Notes: generated from the sequence alone by a model not told the origin. A stretch of 64,000 nucleotides of DNA from an uncultured Gemmatimonadaceae bacterium (GCA_963829055.1 CAWHHI010000008.1:128001-192000), one strand, 5' to 3'; numbered from the stretch's first letter, positions 49,306 to 61,054 are shown. Program-made: numbers and translations.

Positions 49306-51873
49306 ATGGCTCAGCGCCAAACACTTCCGGTCCTTCCGCTTCGCGGAACAGTGATCTTTCCGGGCCTGACGGCTCCGATCGCTGCCGGTCGACCGGGAAC
49401 GCTGCGCGCGATCGAGGCGGCGTTGAAGAGCGACCGTCTCGTGTTCGCGGTTGCGCAGCGAGACAATACCGACGAGCCGACGCCGGATATCCTCTACTCG
49501 ATGGGCGTCATCGCCCGCATCGGGCAGATCCAGCGCGGATTGGGCGGTGTGCAGCTCCTGTTGCAAGGGGAGCAACGCGCGACCGCTCTGCAGTACTCAA
49601 CCTCAGAAGGCTATTTGAACGCGGTCGTGATGCCGGTGGACGAAATGACACCGCTCAACGATCACGACCCGGCGTTCGAAGGCTTACATAAAGAGATCCG
49701 CGAGCGCGCCGCCGAGCTTGGCGAGCGCCGCGGGCTACCCGAAGAGGTCGTTCACCAGGTCCTCGACTCTGTAACCGAGCCGGGTCGCTTCGCCGACCTC
49801 GTTGCCGGATACATTGAGCTGCCAGTCGCCGAGAAGCAGGGATTGCTCGAAACGCTCAGCGTCGAGGAGCGGCTGCGTCGCGTCCTCGTTCACGTCCAGC
49901 GCCAGATCGGTCTGCTCGAAGCGCAGGAAGAGATCAAGTCGCAAGTGCAGGAAGAGCTCGGAGAGCGACAGCGAGAGATGTATCTCCGCGAGCAGTTGAA
50001 AGCGATTCAGAAAGAGCTCGGTGATGACGATCAGGCGAAGGAGGTCACCGAGCTGCGTGAGAAGCTGATGAAGCTCACGCTGCCCAAGGAGGCGCGCGCC
50101 GAGGTAGAGCGCGAGCTCGGCCGACTGGAGCGCTCAGGGCGCGAGTCCATGGAAGCACAGGTCATCCGCACGTACCTGGAGTGGATTGCTGAGCTTCCGT
50201 GGAGCAATCGATCCGACGACCACCTCGATCTTCGTCGCGCCTCGGAAGTTCTGGACGAAGATCACTACGGTCTGCAGGACGTGAAGGATCGCGTGCTGGA
50301 GTTTCTCGCGGTTCGTCAGCTTCGAGCCGAGCAGCTCGCGGCCGAAGTCGAAAAAACGGGCGAGCTTCCGGCGTCGAAAATCAAGCCGGCGAAGGAAGAC
50401 GCGACGCCTGCGCTCAACGTCGCGGATGACGACGATCGCACGATCACCGACGCGAAGGAAGTCAAAGCGCGCGCGATGGCAAAAGGCCCGATTCTACTGT
50501 TCGTCGGTCCGCCAGGCGTCGGCAAGACGTCTATCGCAAAGTCGATCGCACGTGCGCTCGGTCGCGAATACGTGCGTGTCGCCCTCGGCGGCGCGCGCGA
50601 TGAGGCCGACATCCGCGGACACCGTCGGACCTACGTTGGCGCTATGCCTGGCCGCATCGTGCAGGGTATGAAGCAGGCCGGTACGAAGAATCCGGTCTTC
50701 CTGCTCGACGAGGTCGACAAGCTCGGGGTGTCGTTCCAGGGCGATCCGTCGAGCGCATTGCTCGAAGTGCTCGACCCCGCGCAGAACGACAGCTTCACCG
50801 ATCACTACCTCGGGATTCCGTTCGACCTCAGTGAGGTCCTGTTCATCGCGACCGCGAATTTCATTCAGAACATTCCCGGTCCGCTGCTCGATCGAATGGA
50901 AACGGTCGATTTCGCGGGCTACACCGAGCGCGAGAAGGCCGAGATCGCGAAGACGTACCTGATTCCGCGTCAGCTCGAGGACGCGGGATTGGCGGACAAG
51001 AACGTCAGCTTCACGGATGAGGCGGTCATGTCTGTCGTCTCGAACTACACCCGCGAGAGTGGCGTTCGTCAGCTCGAGCGACAGATCGGTGCGGTCGCGC
51101 GAAAGGTCGCGCGGCGCATCGCGGCCGGCGACACCGGCGTGATCGCCGACGGGAAGATCGACGCCGACGAGGTGCGCGAGCTCCTCGGCCGGCCGAAGGT
51201 CCACCCGGAGCGCGCGAACGAAACGAACGAGGTGGGCATCGCGACGGGCATGTACTACACGCCGGTCGGCGGCGACATCATGTTCGTCGAAGCCTCGATC
51301 CGACGGTACTACGGCGGAACACCTAACGTCGACGCGGCCACGCAGGTCGGCCCCGGTGGCGCGGTGTCGCTGATCCTCACCGGCCAGCTTGGCGACGTCA
51401 TGAAGGAGTCGGCGCGTGCGGCATTCACGTACGCGACGAACAACGCGGCGAAGCTGGGAATTCCGAAGGACCGCCTCGGCGCCATCGAGGCGCACATCCA
51501 CGTTCCGGCGGGAGCTATCCCGAAGGACGGTCCGTCGGCAGGCATCGCGATCGCGACGGCGCTGGTCTCGGAGATGTCGGACAGGCCGGTTCGCCGGGAC
51601 GTCGCGATGACCGGAGAGATCACGCTCCGCGGTCGCGTGCTTCCCATCGGCGGTCTCAAGGAGAAGGTGCTCGGCGCTCACCGCGCAGGCATCAAGGTGA
51701 TCGTCATTCCGAAGAACAACGAGGCGGACATCGAGGACATCCCCGAGGAGGTGCGCAAGCAGCTCAGCTTCCACCCTGTGGAGACGCTCGAGGAAGTGCT
51801 CAAGATCGCGCTGGTACCTGAGAAGGACGTGGAAGTCGCCGAGGAGAAGGCCGAGGCGATGGCAGCGGCCTAG
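49306..51873 (+). CDS. lon: Lon protease
   Basis: [30 protein letters not shown] and GGLKEK motifs. Confidence 0.97.
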   Translation: MAQRQTLPVLPLRGTVIFPGLTAPIAAGRPGTLRAIEAALKSDRLVFAVAQRDNTDEPTPDILYSMGVIARIGQIQRGLGGVQLLLQGEQRATALQYSTSEGYLNAVVMPVDEMTPLNDHDPAFEGLHKEIRERAAELGERRGLPEEVVHQVLDSVTEPGRFADLVAGYIELPVAEKQGLLETLSVEERLRRVLVHVQRQIGLLEAQEEIKSQVQEELGERQREMYLREQLKAIQKELGDDDQAKEVTELREKLMKLTLPKEARAEVERELGRLERSGRESMEAQVIRTYLEWIAELPWSNRSDDHLDLRRASEVLDEDHYGLQDVKDRVLEFLAVRQLRAEQLAAEVEKTGELPASKIKPAKEDATPALNVADDDDRTITDAKEVKARAMAKGPILLFVGPPGVGKTSIAKSIARALGREYVRVALGGARDEADIRGHRRTYVGAMPGRIVQGMKQAGTKNPVFLLDEVDKLGVSFQGDPSSALLEVLDPAQNDSFTDHYLGIPFDLSEVLFIATANFIQNIPGPLLDRMETVDFAGYTEREKAEIAKTYLIPRQLEDAGLADKNVSFTDEAVMSVVSNYTRESGVRQLERQIGAVARKVARRIAAGDTGVIADGKIDADEVRELLGRPKVHPERANETNEVGIATGMYYTPVGGDIMFVEASIRRYYGGTPNVDAATQVGPGGAVSLILTGQLGDVMKESARAAFTYATNNAAKLGIPKDRLGAIEAHIHVPAGAIPKDGPSAGIAIATALVSEMSDRPVRRDVAMTGEITLRGRVLPIGGLKEKVLGAHRAGIKVIVIPKNNEADIEDIPEEVRKQLSFHPVETLEEVLKIALVPEKDVEVAEEKAEAMAAA

Positions 51874-51922
51874 GACACGCAGGATCCTCCGGATCTCGAC
51901 TCGAGATCCGCCATGTAACACG

Positions 51923-51965
51923 GAACCGCGCTGGCTCGTATGTTGAGCCGGCGCGGTTCTTTTTT
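51923..51965 (+). terminator. Rho-independent terminator after lon
   Basis: GAACCGCGCTGGCTC...GAGCCGGCGCGGTTC followed by a T6 run. Confidence 0.85.
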
Positions 51966-52022
51966 GTCCACCCCGCGCTCCACGCTCCACCGTGGATCAA
52001 AGGCCTCAACCATTCCCGCCGA

Positions 52023-53270
52023 ATGCAGTTCCGCGTCGTTGCCGCTGCCCGCGTCGGATTCGACGCGCTCAAGGTCAATCCGCTTCGCACCGCGCTCTCG
52101 ACGCTCGGCGTCATCATTGGCGTTGCGTCACTCGTGGCAGTCCTGTCGCTCGGCGACGGCATGGAGCGCATGGCACGGTCGGAGGTCGAACGGACGACCG
52201 ATGTTCAGACGGTGAGCGTCACGTCGAAGACCACGGAGAGCGTGGACGGGCAGACGTTGCCAGTGCGCGACTACCCCGTGTTCACGCTCGCTGACGCGGC
52301 CGCCGCGCGCGATGAGATCAGCGACGCGAGCGGCGTCTCGCTCTCGTTAGGGGGCCGAACCACGGTCGATTCTCCGCAGACGGGCAAACGACGCTCGACC
52401 GGTGTCACCGCCACGCTCGCCGACGCCGATCAGTTCATGCGACTCGAGTTCTCCGACGGACGCTATTTCTCGCCGATCGAGGCGGCGCGCAACACGCCCG
52501 TCGTAGTCCTGTCGAACAAGCTCGCGGGCGAGCTCGCGGCTGGTCGTGCGCCGTCGTCAATGATCGGGCGAACGGTTCGCGTGAATGGCAACCCGCGAGA
52601 GGTGATCGGGATTCTCGCGCCGTACAAGGGCGAGTTCGCATTGAACCTGTACGTGCCGTTCACCGCTGCGAGTACCGTGCTTCCTCCCGCGGTTGCGCCC
52701 CGGACGCCAACCCTGTTGGTCAAGGCGCGCCGCATCGAGGATGTCGACCGAGCCAAAGCGCTCGTCGAGGACTGGGTCGCACAACGATTCGGCCGCTGGG
52801 AAGGACGTATCGAGGTGCAGACCTCGACGCAACGTCTCGCCCAGGCGACGGAGGGCATCTTCGTGTTCAAGCTGTTCATGGGCGCCATCACGGGCATTTC
52901 TCTGCTCGTCGGCGGCATCGGCATCATGAACGTGCTTCTGGCGTCGGTGACGGAGCGCACGCGCGAGATCGGCGTTCGGAAAGCAATGGGCGCACGTCGC
53001 CGCGATATTCTCCTGCAATTCCTCGCCGAGTCGGTAGCGATCTCGGGGGCCGGCAGCTTGTTAGGCATCGCGCTTGGGCTCTCGGGCGCGTTCGCCATTG
53101 TCGCCGCGATCCGGTCGCAGGCACAGGCCATCTATCTCGACGCCACGTTCTCCTGGTCGACGGTCGTATCGGCCGCTTTGTCCGCGATCATCGTCGGCCT
53201 AACGTTTGGCACGTACCCGGCGCGTCGTGCCGCACGACTCAGTCCGATAGACGCGATTCGCCACGAGTAG
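52023..53270 (+). CDS. ABC transporter permease (MacB/FtsX family)
   Basis: LRTALSTLGVIIGV, GGIGIMNVLLASVTERTREIGVRKAMGA and PIDAIRHE motifs. Confidence 0.92.
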   Translation: MQFRVVAAARVGFDALKVNPLRTALSTLGVIIGVASLVAVLSLGDGMERMARSEVERTTDVQTVSVTSKTTESVDGQTLPVRDYPVFTLADAAAARDEISDASGVSLSLGGRTTVDSPQTGKRRSTGVTATLADADQFMRLEFSDGRYFSPIEAARNTPVVVLSNKLAGELAAGRAPSSMIGRTVRVNGNPREVIGILAPYKGEFALNLYVPFTAASTVLPPAVAPRTPTLLVKARRIEDVDRAKALVEDWVAQRFGRWEGRIEVQTSTQRLAQATEGIFVFKLFMGAITGISLLVGGIGIMNVLLASVTERTREIGVRKAMGARRRDILLQFLAESVAISGAGSLLGIALGLSGAFAIVAAIRSQAQAIYLDATFSWSTVVSAALSAIIVGLTFGTYPARRAARLSPIDAIRHE

Positions 53271-53299
53271 CCCCGAGGCGCGCTTCTGCTCAGAAGTGG

Positions 53300-55343
53300 T
53301 CAGAAGATGATCGGCCCGTTCTTGAACATCTGCCACCCATTCACGCGGAGTGGCAGCGGTTCGGTGCCGGCGAGGAAATACTCGGTGTAGCGGCGCTCGG
53401 GCGGCGTCAGCGAGTCAGCAAGTTGGCCCGTCACACGATCCACCTCGGCCGCGATGAGCCCCTGCGGCGGAAGCCACTCGGCCGCGGTCCTCGATGCGTA
53501 GTACTCCGCCATCATCTTCCCGAAGATGGGTGCGGCCAGCGTTCCCCCCGCTGCGCCCGGAGTGATCGTCTTCGGCTTGTCGAAGCCTAACCAGACGCCG
53601 GCGACTACCTCCGGCGTCATCCCGACGAACCACACGTCAGTGTTGTCGTTCGTCGTTCCGGTCTTCCCGGCCACCGGGATTGTCGCCGGCAAGTAGCGAC
53701 GGACAGACGTCGCGGTGCCGCGGTCCACGACCTCACGCATCATGTCGCGAACGATGAAGGCGACCTTGGGATCAATGACCGGGCGCGGCGCCGGCGCCGG
53801 GTTCGTGAAGACGGCGTTGCCACTCCGGTCCTCGATTCGATAGATGAACCGTGGATCGACGTGCGCACCGAGGTTCGCGAACACCGTGTACGCGGCAACG
53901 AGATCGAGCGGCTGCAACGCAGATGCGCCGATCGCGCTCGCTGGATACGGAGCAACGGGCGCCTCGATACCGAAGCGCCGTGCCCAGTGCACGATCGTGT
54001 CCATGCCCACGTGCTCGGCCAGCTGTACCGCGACGACGTTCCTCGACTTCGCGAGCGCTTCGCGCATCGTGATGGCGCCGAGGAACTGATTGTCGGAGTT
54101 CTCGGGCCGGTACATGCGGCCGCGGTCGAGCGGAATCGCGATGGCCGTGTCGCCAACAATGGTGTTCGCCGTTAGGCTATCGGCGATAGCCGCCGCGTAC
54201 ACGATGGGCTTGAACGCGGATCCCGGCTGGCGCAGTCCGTCGATCACGCGATCGAACGAGGACTCGCGGTAGTCACGTCCACCGGCAAGTGCGCGCACGT
54301 CACCGGTGTTGGGATCCATTGCGACGAGGGCACCTTGCAGGTAGTCCGAGCTGCCCTTGGGACGCTGGGCGAACTTCGTATGCCGATAGCCCGGCATCGA
54401 CTCTACAGCATCGAGGCCCTCCACGAGCGCCTGATTGGCCGCCTGCTGCAGTACCGGATCGAGGCTCGTGTAGACCCGGAGCCCGCCAGTGGTCACGGCG
54501 ACGCCCGCACGCAGCGCCTGAATTCGAACGACGTCCAGAAAGTACGAGGCGTCGACCGCGAGTCCCGCCGACGGCGCCGTCTTGAGTGGAACGCGCTTCG
54601 CGGCCTCGGCCTGCGCGGCGGTGACGTACTTCTGCTGCGCCATCAGCGTCAGCACGAGATTGCGCCGCTCGGTCACTCGCTGTGGCGACTTGATCGGATC
54701 GTACAGCGCCGGTCCCTTCGGCACCGAATGCCAGCGTCGCAGCTTCGGCCAACGTCAACTGCGCCGCGCCCTTGCCGAAGTAGTGGCGCGCCGCGACCTC
54801 GATGCCGTACCAGCCATGTCCGTAGCTGATCTGGTTGATGTACGCCTCGAGGATCTGCTCCTTCGAGTAGTGCTTCTCCATCTCGCGCGCGGCCGACTGC
54901 TCGCGGAGCTTGCGGGACAGGCTCTTGTCGGTGCGATCGATCAGGTCGGGGTGCATGTTCCCGACGAGTTGCTGCGTGATCGTGCTGGCTCCGCGGGGGT
55001 CGCCGCGTACGGCGTCCTTCAGCGCGCCGGCGATGCCGACGACGTCCACGCCGTCGTGTTGATAGAAGCGTTGATCCTCCACCGCGACGAACGCCTGGCC
55101 GACGTACTTGGGCAGCGTCCGTATCGAGACCAGCGTCCGCTTCTGCGCGCCCAGGTCACCGATCAGCGAGCCGTCGCGTGCGAACACGAGGGATGACTGC
55201 GGCGGGACGATGATGCGCCACGGTTCGTTCGGCTCGCGTTGCTGCGCGGCGGCGGGTGCGGCAACGCCAAGGGCGCCGAAGACCACGGTGAGCGCGATGC
55301 ACGCGACGCGCTTCGTCACGGCGAACGGAGGAGCACTCCGCAT
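53300..55343 (-). CDS. Class A penicillin-binding protein (PBP1A family), frameshift near 54727
   Basis: Transglycosylase EDQRFYQH, GASTITQQ and RKLRE; transpeptidase SAFK, SRN and KTG. Confidence 0.92.
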
Positions 55344-55595
55344 CAACTGATTTACAGAACACGCGCCGGCACTCCGGTGCCTCGCGATCAATGTCGTCAT
55401 GTGCGGATACGGACCCGTCGGTCGACGGTACGAACGACGACGCCGTCCACCGTCGACCAGGTTGGTGTAACATACACCTCACTGTTTCGAACGGATCGCC
55501 GGCGAGTCGCGCCGCATCTTCATGGCCGGAGTTGTGACGGCGATCACACCGTCGGTATTCCGATGCACCGTCGGCGATTGCAACTTTACAGGCGT

Positions 55596-57461
55596 ATGGC
55601 ACCCACGCTCGACCTCGCGATCGTTCAGCTCCGCCCGCGGAAGGGCAACTACGCAGCGAACGTCGCGCGCATAGGCGACGTCCTCGCGCGCGTGGACGCG
55701 CTCACCCCGCGCCCAAGTGTCGTCCACTTCCCGGAAACGGCCGTCACGGGCTACTTCGTCGAGGGCGCGGTTCGTGACCTCGCGGTAACCGCGGGTACGC
55801 TGGCCCGCGATCTCGACGCGGCGTATCGTCGCGCGCTACCGTCCGCCCGCGCTGTGGACGTCGTCATCGGGTTCTACGAGAAGTGGCGCGATACGCTGTA
55901 CAACAGCGCTGCGTACATCCGGCTCGGCGGCGATGCGCCGGCCATTGTGCACGTGCATCGCAAGAACTTCCTCCCGACTTATGGCCTGTTCGACGAAGAG
56001 CGTTTCGTCGAGCGCGGGCACGAGATGCGAGCGTTCGACACTCCGTGGGGACGTGCGGCGATCCTCGTGTGCGAGGACGCGTGGCATAGCCTGTCGGGGA
56101 CGGTGGCCGCGCTCGACGACGCGCAGATCATCTTCCTCTCGTCGGCCGCGCCCGCCCGCGGAGTCTGGCCGAGGGATGACGCGATTCCCGGCCCCGCATC
56201 CGTCGCGCAGGTGGGAGCGTCTCGTCCGCGACATCGCCGAGGAGCATGGCGTCTTCGTCGACGTTCGCGAATCTCGTCGGCAGCGAAGGCGGAAAGATGT
56301 TTCCGGGAGCGTCGATGGTCATGGGGCCGCACGGCGATGCGCGGGCCCGTGCGCCGGTGTGGGATGAGGCCATCCTGACCGCGAGTATCGACATCGGTGA
56401 TCTCGCCCGAGCGCGCTCCGATGCGCCGCTTCTTGCCGACCTCCGAACCGCGTTGCCGCACCTGCGGACGTTGCTCGATGGCGTCGACGGGAATGGCGTT
56501 AGGCATCCGGTACAGTGGGATGACGCACCGGCTCTGACGAGTGCGCCGGACGATCGCTGTACAATCCCGCATCGTCGACGCCCGCAAACACCGGAGGCGA
56601 TGGCGAGATATGCGTCATTCGCGGCGGCGAGGCAGCTCGAGGCGCGCCTCCCCCGCTCGACATTCAGCCGGAGCTCGTGGAGCAGTGGCTGGTCACGTTC
56701 ATCCGCGATGAGATGCGGCGGCGCGGCTTCGAGCGCGCTGTGATTGGCCTGTCGGGCGGCGTCGACTCTGCCGTCACGACCTATCTTGCGGCCAAGGCGC
56801 TCGGCCCGAGCAACGTGGTCGCGATCCGCCTGCCGTACCGGACGTCCAATCCGTCGAGCCTCGAGCACGCGCAGCTCGTGGTCGACGCGCTCGGCATCGA
56901 GGCGCGAACGGTAGACATCAGCGCCGCGGTCGACGGCTACCTCGAGAACGAGCCCGACGCCGATCCCGGCCGGCGCGGGAACGTCATGGCGCGGATGCGG
57001 ATGATCGCACTGTTCGACCTGTCTTCACGTTACCGAGCGCTCCCACTCGGCACCGGGAACAAGACGGAGCGACTGTTCGGCTACTTCACCTGGCATGCCG
57101 ATGACTCACCGCCCATCAACCCGTTAGGCGACCTGTTCAAGACCCAGGTATGGTCACTGGCCCGTCACCTCGGCGTGCCCGGATGTCATCGTGACGAAGC
57201 CAGCGTCGGCGGACCTGATCAGCGGGCAGACAGACGAGGGAGACTTCGGGATCAGCTACGCCGACGCAGATCAGATCCTGAATTGGTTGCTGTCGGGCTA
57301 CACGCCTGAGGAGGTCGCGGCCCGCGGATTCGGCGAGGCGGCCGTCACACTGGTGAGACGTCGGCTGGAGAGCACGCACTGGAAACGCCGACTGCCTGCC
57401 GGTGGCGATGCTGAGCCCGACGGCCATCGGAGAGTCCTATCTCCGGCCAGTCGATTACTGA
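55596..57461 (+). CDS. nadE: Glutamine-dependent NAD+ synthetase (CN-hydrolase + synthetase), several frameshifts
   Basis: FPE, RKNFLPTYGLFDE and CED (nitrilase triad); SGGVDS, GNKTE, DLFKT, SADL..GQTDE; ends ESYLRPVDY*. Confidence 0.85.
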
Positions 57462-57491
57462 CGCTGGATCGAGCCGCAAGCGACTGGATGC

Positions 57492-57532
57492 GAGAGGGGC
57501 CGAGCGATCGCTCGGCCCCTCTCATGCGTTTT
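57492..57532. terminator. Hairpin terminator between convergent genes
   Basis: GAGAGGGGCCGAGCGATCGCTCGGCCCCTCTC palindrome followed by TTTT. Confidence 0.7.
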
Positions 57533-57545
57533 GGTGCCTGTGACC

Positions 57546-59063
57546 TCAGGGCTTGTGCGCCACCAACGGCACCTTGGCGCCGGGCTTGAGCACGATGGAG
57601 ATGATGCTGACGGCGTTAGGTGCGACTGCACCAGCCGCATGCTTCGTGATGTCGATGCTCGCGATGTCGTCCGGTTGAATTGCCCCGACGCCGCTCGGGA
57701 GCTGCATGCCGCTGGCCGGCATTCGCCGCTTCGCCCGCACCTCGACCGCCCCACCCTCGGCCGCTATCCGTCCCTGAGTCGGTTCGCTCGGCGTGCGCGT
57801 CACGGCTCCAGCCATCAGGGGAACGCGCTCAGCCGATTCCTTCGGTGCTCGCTCGCGCATGCGCATCCGAAAGGTGTCTTCCCCCGCGGCCGGCATGCGA
57901 GCGAACGCCGCTGCCTGGGTCTCGGTCAGCACGATCTTGCCCGTCGTCGTGCGCACGAGAAAGAGGATCGACGGACCACCTTCGCCGCGGGCAATGGACG
58001 GGAAATACCGCGTAACGGTCTCGCGGAGCTCACCTGCCGTCGGCGCATCTTTCTCCGCCAACACCTTGTTCATCTGTCCATAGAGCCGCGTCGATGCGAC
58101 GTCCTTGCCGTCCGGAGCCAGCGCCTCGGGCGACGGAACCTCACACGCGAGGATGGTCACTGCCAGCGCGACGGTGGCACCTAACGCGAACTGAACGCGC
58201 GGGAAGCGCGGGCGTTGCGGATGCATGGCGAGGATCCTGCGTCGTGAGGGAGGACGTGCGCTCGAACAACGCGGGCGCGAGAAGCAGACCCGAGCCGGTC
58301 CGGCGCTCACACACGTCCAGCAGCAGGGTTCCGTACGCACGCAGGTTGTGACCCCGCGCCAGGACCCGCGCATCGCAATCGAGTTCGACCGCCAGGCGGA
58401 GCCGTCGGTTCAGCCACCAGGCGGCGATGTTCCAGGGCATGAGCAAGGCAACCATCGCCGCCGCGTGCAGGAGCAGCGGATCGTGTGCCCGAACGTGCTG
58501 GCGCTCGTGCTCGATCATGAGCGCCCGCTGTTCCGAGGAGAGACTCAGTGACCACTCCGGAACGACGATCTCCGGGCGGAGTGTTCCGATGACGGCCGGC
58601 CCAGTCGCGGGCGCGAGCAACACCGGCTCTCCGTCGATCTCTCCGCGACGCCACGTGCGACGACGGCGTGCGAGCAGCAACGTGGCGGCGCCATAGGTCG
58701 CCAGCGCCAACACCGCGGCGGACGTCCATGCAATCGCAAGCGAGGCGTCGAGTCGCCGCAGCGACCGCGTATCGGCTCGAGCGATCAATTCCGCGAGGCC
58801 GCTCGAAACCCTCGCGAGCGATGGGGTAGACTGCGGCAACGCCACCGTCGCGAGCGTCGTTGCGCGTTAGGTACGACGGCCGCTACCCCGCGGTCGCGGC
58901 CGAGCGCAGTCCACGCCGGAACCGCCACCGAAAGCACGAGAGCCAGCATCGAGATCCACCGCCGCTGTCCGCCACCGCCGCTCGCGGTACGCTCGACCAC
59001 GAGCGTTGCGACGACGAGGAGTGCCCCGATAACCGTCGCGTATGCCATCCAGAGCGCGATCAT
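57546..59063 (-). CDS. BlaR1/MecR1-like M56 metallopeptidase (frameshifts near 58850 and 58240)
   Basis: TM N-terminus, GPAVIG...PEIVVP, HERQH and ELDCD motifs; C-terminal plug-like IQPDDIASIDITK. Confidence 0.82.
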
Positions 59064-59434
59064 TCTTTGCCTCCGCGTAAGCGAGCATCCATCAGGCGCC
59101 GAATGCGCTTGAGCTGCTCTTCCGTGAGCTCGCGATCGCTCACGAGCTGCGTCAGTAAGAGCTCTGGCGACCCGTTGAATACGGTCTCGATGAGCCGGGT
59201 GAGCGCGCTTCGCCCGGCAACGCGTCGTTCGACGAGCGGGAAGTAGCGATGCGCCTTCCCTTCTCCCCGATGGCCGACATGCCCTTTCTCCTCGAGCGTG
59301 CGGAGAATGGTGAGCACGGTCGTGTACGCGAGATCGTCCGGGAGTCGCTCGCGCATTTCGGTGACGGTGGCCGAGCCGCGGTCCCAGAGGACCGCCATGA
59401 CGTCGAGCTCGCGGTCGGTGAACGTGACGCGCAT
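59060..59434 (-). CDS. BlaI/MecI/CopY family repressor
   Basis: ELDVMAVLW, LAYTTVLTILRTLEEKG and F.GS motifs. Confidence 0.93.
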   Translation of the reverse strand: MRVTFTDRELDVMAVLWDRGSATVTEMRERLPDDLAYTTVLTILRTLEEKGHVGHRGEGKAHRYFPLVERRVAGRSALTRLIETVFNGSPELLLTQLVSDRELTEEQLKRIRRLMDARLRGGKE

Positions 59435-59441
59435 TGGGCTC

Positions 59442-59503
59442 CTACTAGAAGTTTAGTAGACGATATACGCGGGACCTGCTCTCGTCAACTAGTTTTCTAG
59501 TAG
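59442..59503. promoter_or_regulatory. Two palindromic operator candidates for the BlaI-like repressor
   Basis: CTACTA-N6-TAGTAG (59442-59459) and CAACTA-N6-TAGTAG (59486-59503), immediately upstream of the repressor ATG. Confidence 0.7.
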
Positions 59504-59645
59504 TTGTGATGCCTGTGTTGGCATTGCCATGCTCCGCGCCTCTGTCGGCACTTCGCAAGAATCGGGTTGGCGCGTGGTGGCGCCATCGGTAGATCTCACG
59601 CAGCGAGAGTAACGTTTCAGTGCGCTCAGTACGCGGGGAGCTACC

Positions 59646-60566
59646 ATGGACACCACGGACTACATCAGGATCGAATCGGCGCTCGCCTACCTTTCGCGGC
59701 ATGCCGAAACGCAACCAGCGCTCGCCGACGTCGCGGATCACGTCGGGCTGAGCGAGCACCATCTCCAGCGGGTGTTCACGCGCTGGGCGGGCATCAGCCC
59801 AAAACGGTTTCTTCAGTTTCAGACGGTCGAGAGCGCGAAGTCGCTGCTTCGCGATTCGAAGAGCGTGCTGGACACGACGTACTCGACCGGTCTCTCCAGC
59901 GGAGGGCGGTTGCACGATCTCTTCGTCACGCTCGAAGCGATGACGCCTGGGGAGTTCAAATCGGGCGGCAGCGGGCTGACGATCGCCACCGGATTTCACG
60001 ATTCGCCATTCGGGGAGTGCCTCGTGGCGGTCACCGATCGCGGCGTCTGTGGCCTCTCCTTCGTTCCCGACGGCGACCGGACGGCGGCGTTGGCTGAGCT
60101 CGAGAGCCGGTGGCCGGGAGCCACGGTGGTCGAGGATCCCAAGGCGACGAGACCAATCGCGGAACGAATCTTCGCCGCGTGGGGAGGCGCCGGTTGGAAT
60201 CCGGAACAGCGCGCCGCCGAGAGCGACGTGACTCCAACGCCTCTCTCCGTGCTCGTTAGGGGCACCAACTTTCAAGTACGTGTGTGGGAAGCGCTGCTTC
60301 GCATTCCGCCCGGTGCCGTCACGACGTACGAGGAGATTGCCTCGGCCGTTGGTCAGAGCGGTGCAACGCGCGCGGTCGGGTCAGCGATTGCGCGGAACCC
60401 GGTGGCGTACCTGATTCCGTGTCACCGCGTCATTCGGAAGACCGGTGCGTTCGGCAACTATCACTGGGGTGCGGCCCGCAAGGTCGCGATGCTGATGCGC
60501 GAAGCTGGCGGTCGAGCGGGCGACGAGCATGCCAGCCGAAAGGATCTCGCGGTCGCGGTGGGCTGA
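59646..60566 (+). CDS. AraC-HTH + O6-methylguanine-DNA methyltransferase (Ada-like)
   Basis: HTH (LSEHHLQRVF..WAGISPK), GTNFQ..VW, RAVG and PCHRV motifs. Confidence 0.92.
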   Translation: MDTTDYIRIESALAYLSRHAETQPALADVADHVGLSEHHLQRVFTRWAGISPKRFLQFQTVESAKSLLRDSKSVLDTTYSTGLSSGGRLHDLFVTLEAMTPGEFKSGGSGLTIATGFHDSPFGECLVAVTDRGVCGLSFVPDGDRTAALAELESRWPGATVVEDPKATRPIAERIFAAWGGAGWNPEQRAAESDVTPTPLSVLVRGTNFQVRVWEALLRIPPGAVTTYEEIASAVGQSGATRAVGSAIARNPVAYLIPCHRVIRKTGAFGNYHWGAARKVAMLMREAGGRAGDEHASRKDLAVAVG

Positions 60567-60643
60567 GCGGAGGCGTCGGCATGCGCCGACGCCTCCGTCT
60601 TGTCATCGACGTATCAGGGGCGGCCGCGGCCGCCCCTGCCTCG

Positions 60644-61042
60644 TTAGGCAGCCAGGGCCAGACTCACGGCTCGCCGCGCGCCACGCTTGAGCGCGCGGTG
60701 CACGGCGCGCGCGTACCGAACGAAATTCGCGCCGGCCCATGGATACCGACCGAAGAACTCGTGCGGCAACATGTCGCCTTTCAGTCGATTGCACGGCGCG
60801 CACGCCGTGACGAGGTTACCCGGAGCGTGAGGCCCTCCGTGCGACACCGGGTATACGTGATCGAGCGTCGCAACGTCCAGCGCCAGCGGAACGGCGCAGT
60901 AGACGCAGCGTCGGCTGCAGTCACGCATGGCAGCGTGCTTGAGAGCACGCTTGACGGCCGGGCCGTGGAGATGGCGAGCGCGGCGAGATAGGCCGCGCGG
61001 TGCGCGGGGGAGCGTGACTCGGTGGAAACCACGTCGAGACAT
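60644..61042 (-). CDS. HNH endonuclease (McrA-like, Zn-binding)
   Basis: CVYC...TLDHVYP.SHGG...NLVTACAPCNRLKG; GAGGTG RBS before the ATG. Confidence 0.88.
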   Translation of the reverse strand: MSRRGFHRVTLPRAPRGLSRRARHLHGPAVKRALKHAAMRDCSRRCVYCAVPLALDVATLDHVYPVSHGGPHAPGNLVTACAPCNRLKGDMLPHEFFGRYPWAGANFVRYARAVHRALKRGARRAVSLALAA

Positions 61043-61054
61043 TGCACCTCGCTA

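Noticed and set aside
50494..51990. Long antisense ORFs (e.g. 498 aa opposite lon, 385 aa opposite the aminotransferase, the 620-aa ORF at 26061-27923)
   Set aside because: These are shadow frames typical of high-GC codon bias. They are Arg/Ala-rich with no motifs, except the thioesterase at the 3' end of the 620-aa ORF.
59646..60566. Ada lacking the N-terminal Zn-binding domain as a truncation
   Set aside because: The AraC-HTH + Ogt architecture is a common natural variant, and the gene has a proper RBS and start.
192..60648. GCCTAAC/GTTAGGC copies as integron attC core sites (RYYYAAC...GTTRRRY)
   Set aside because: The copies lie mostly inside housekeeping CDSs, are not paired as palindromic attC sites flanking cassettes, and no integrase is present.
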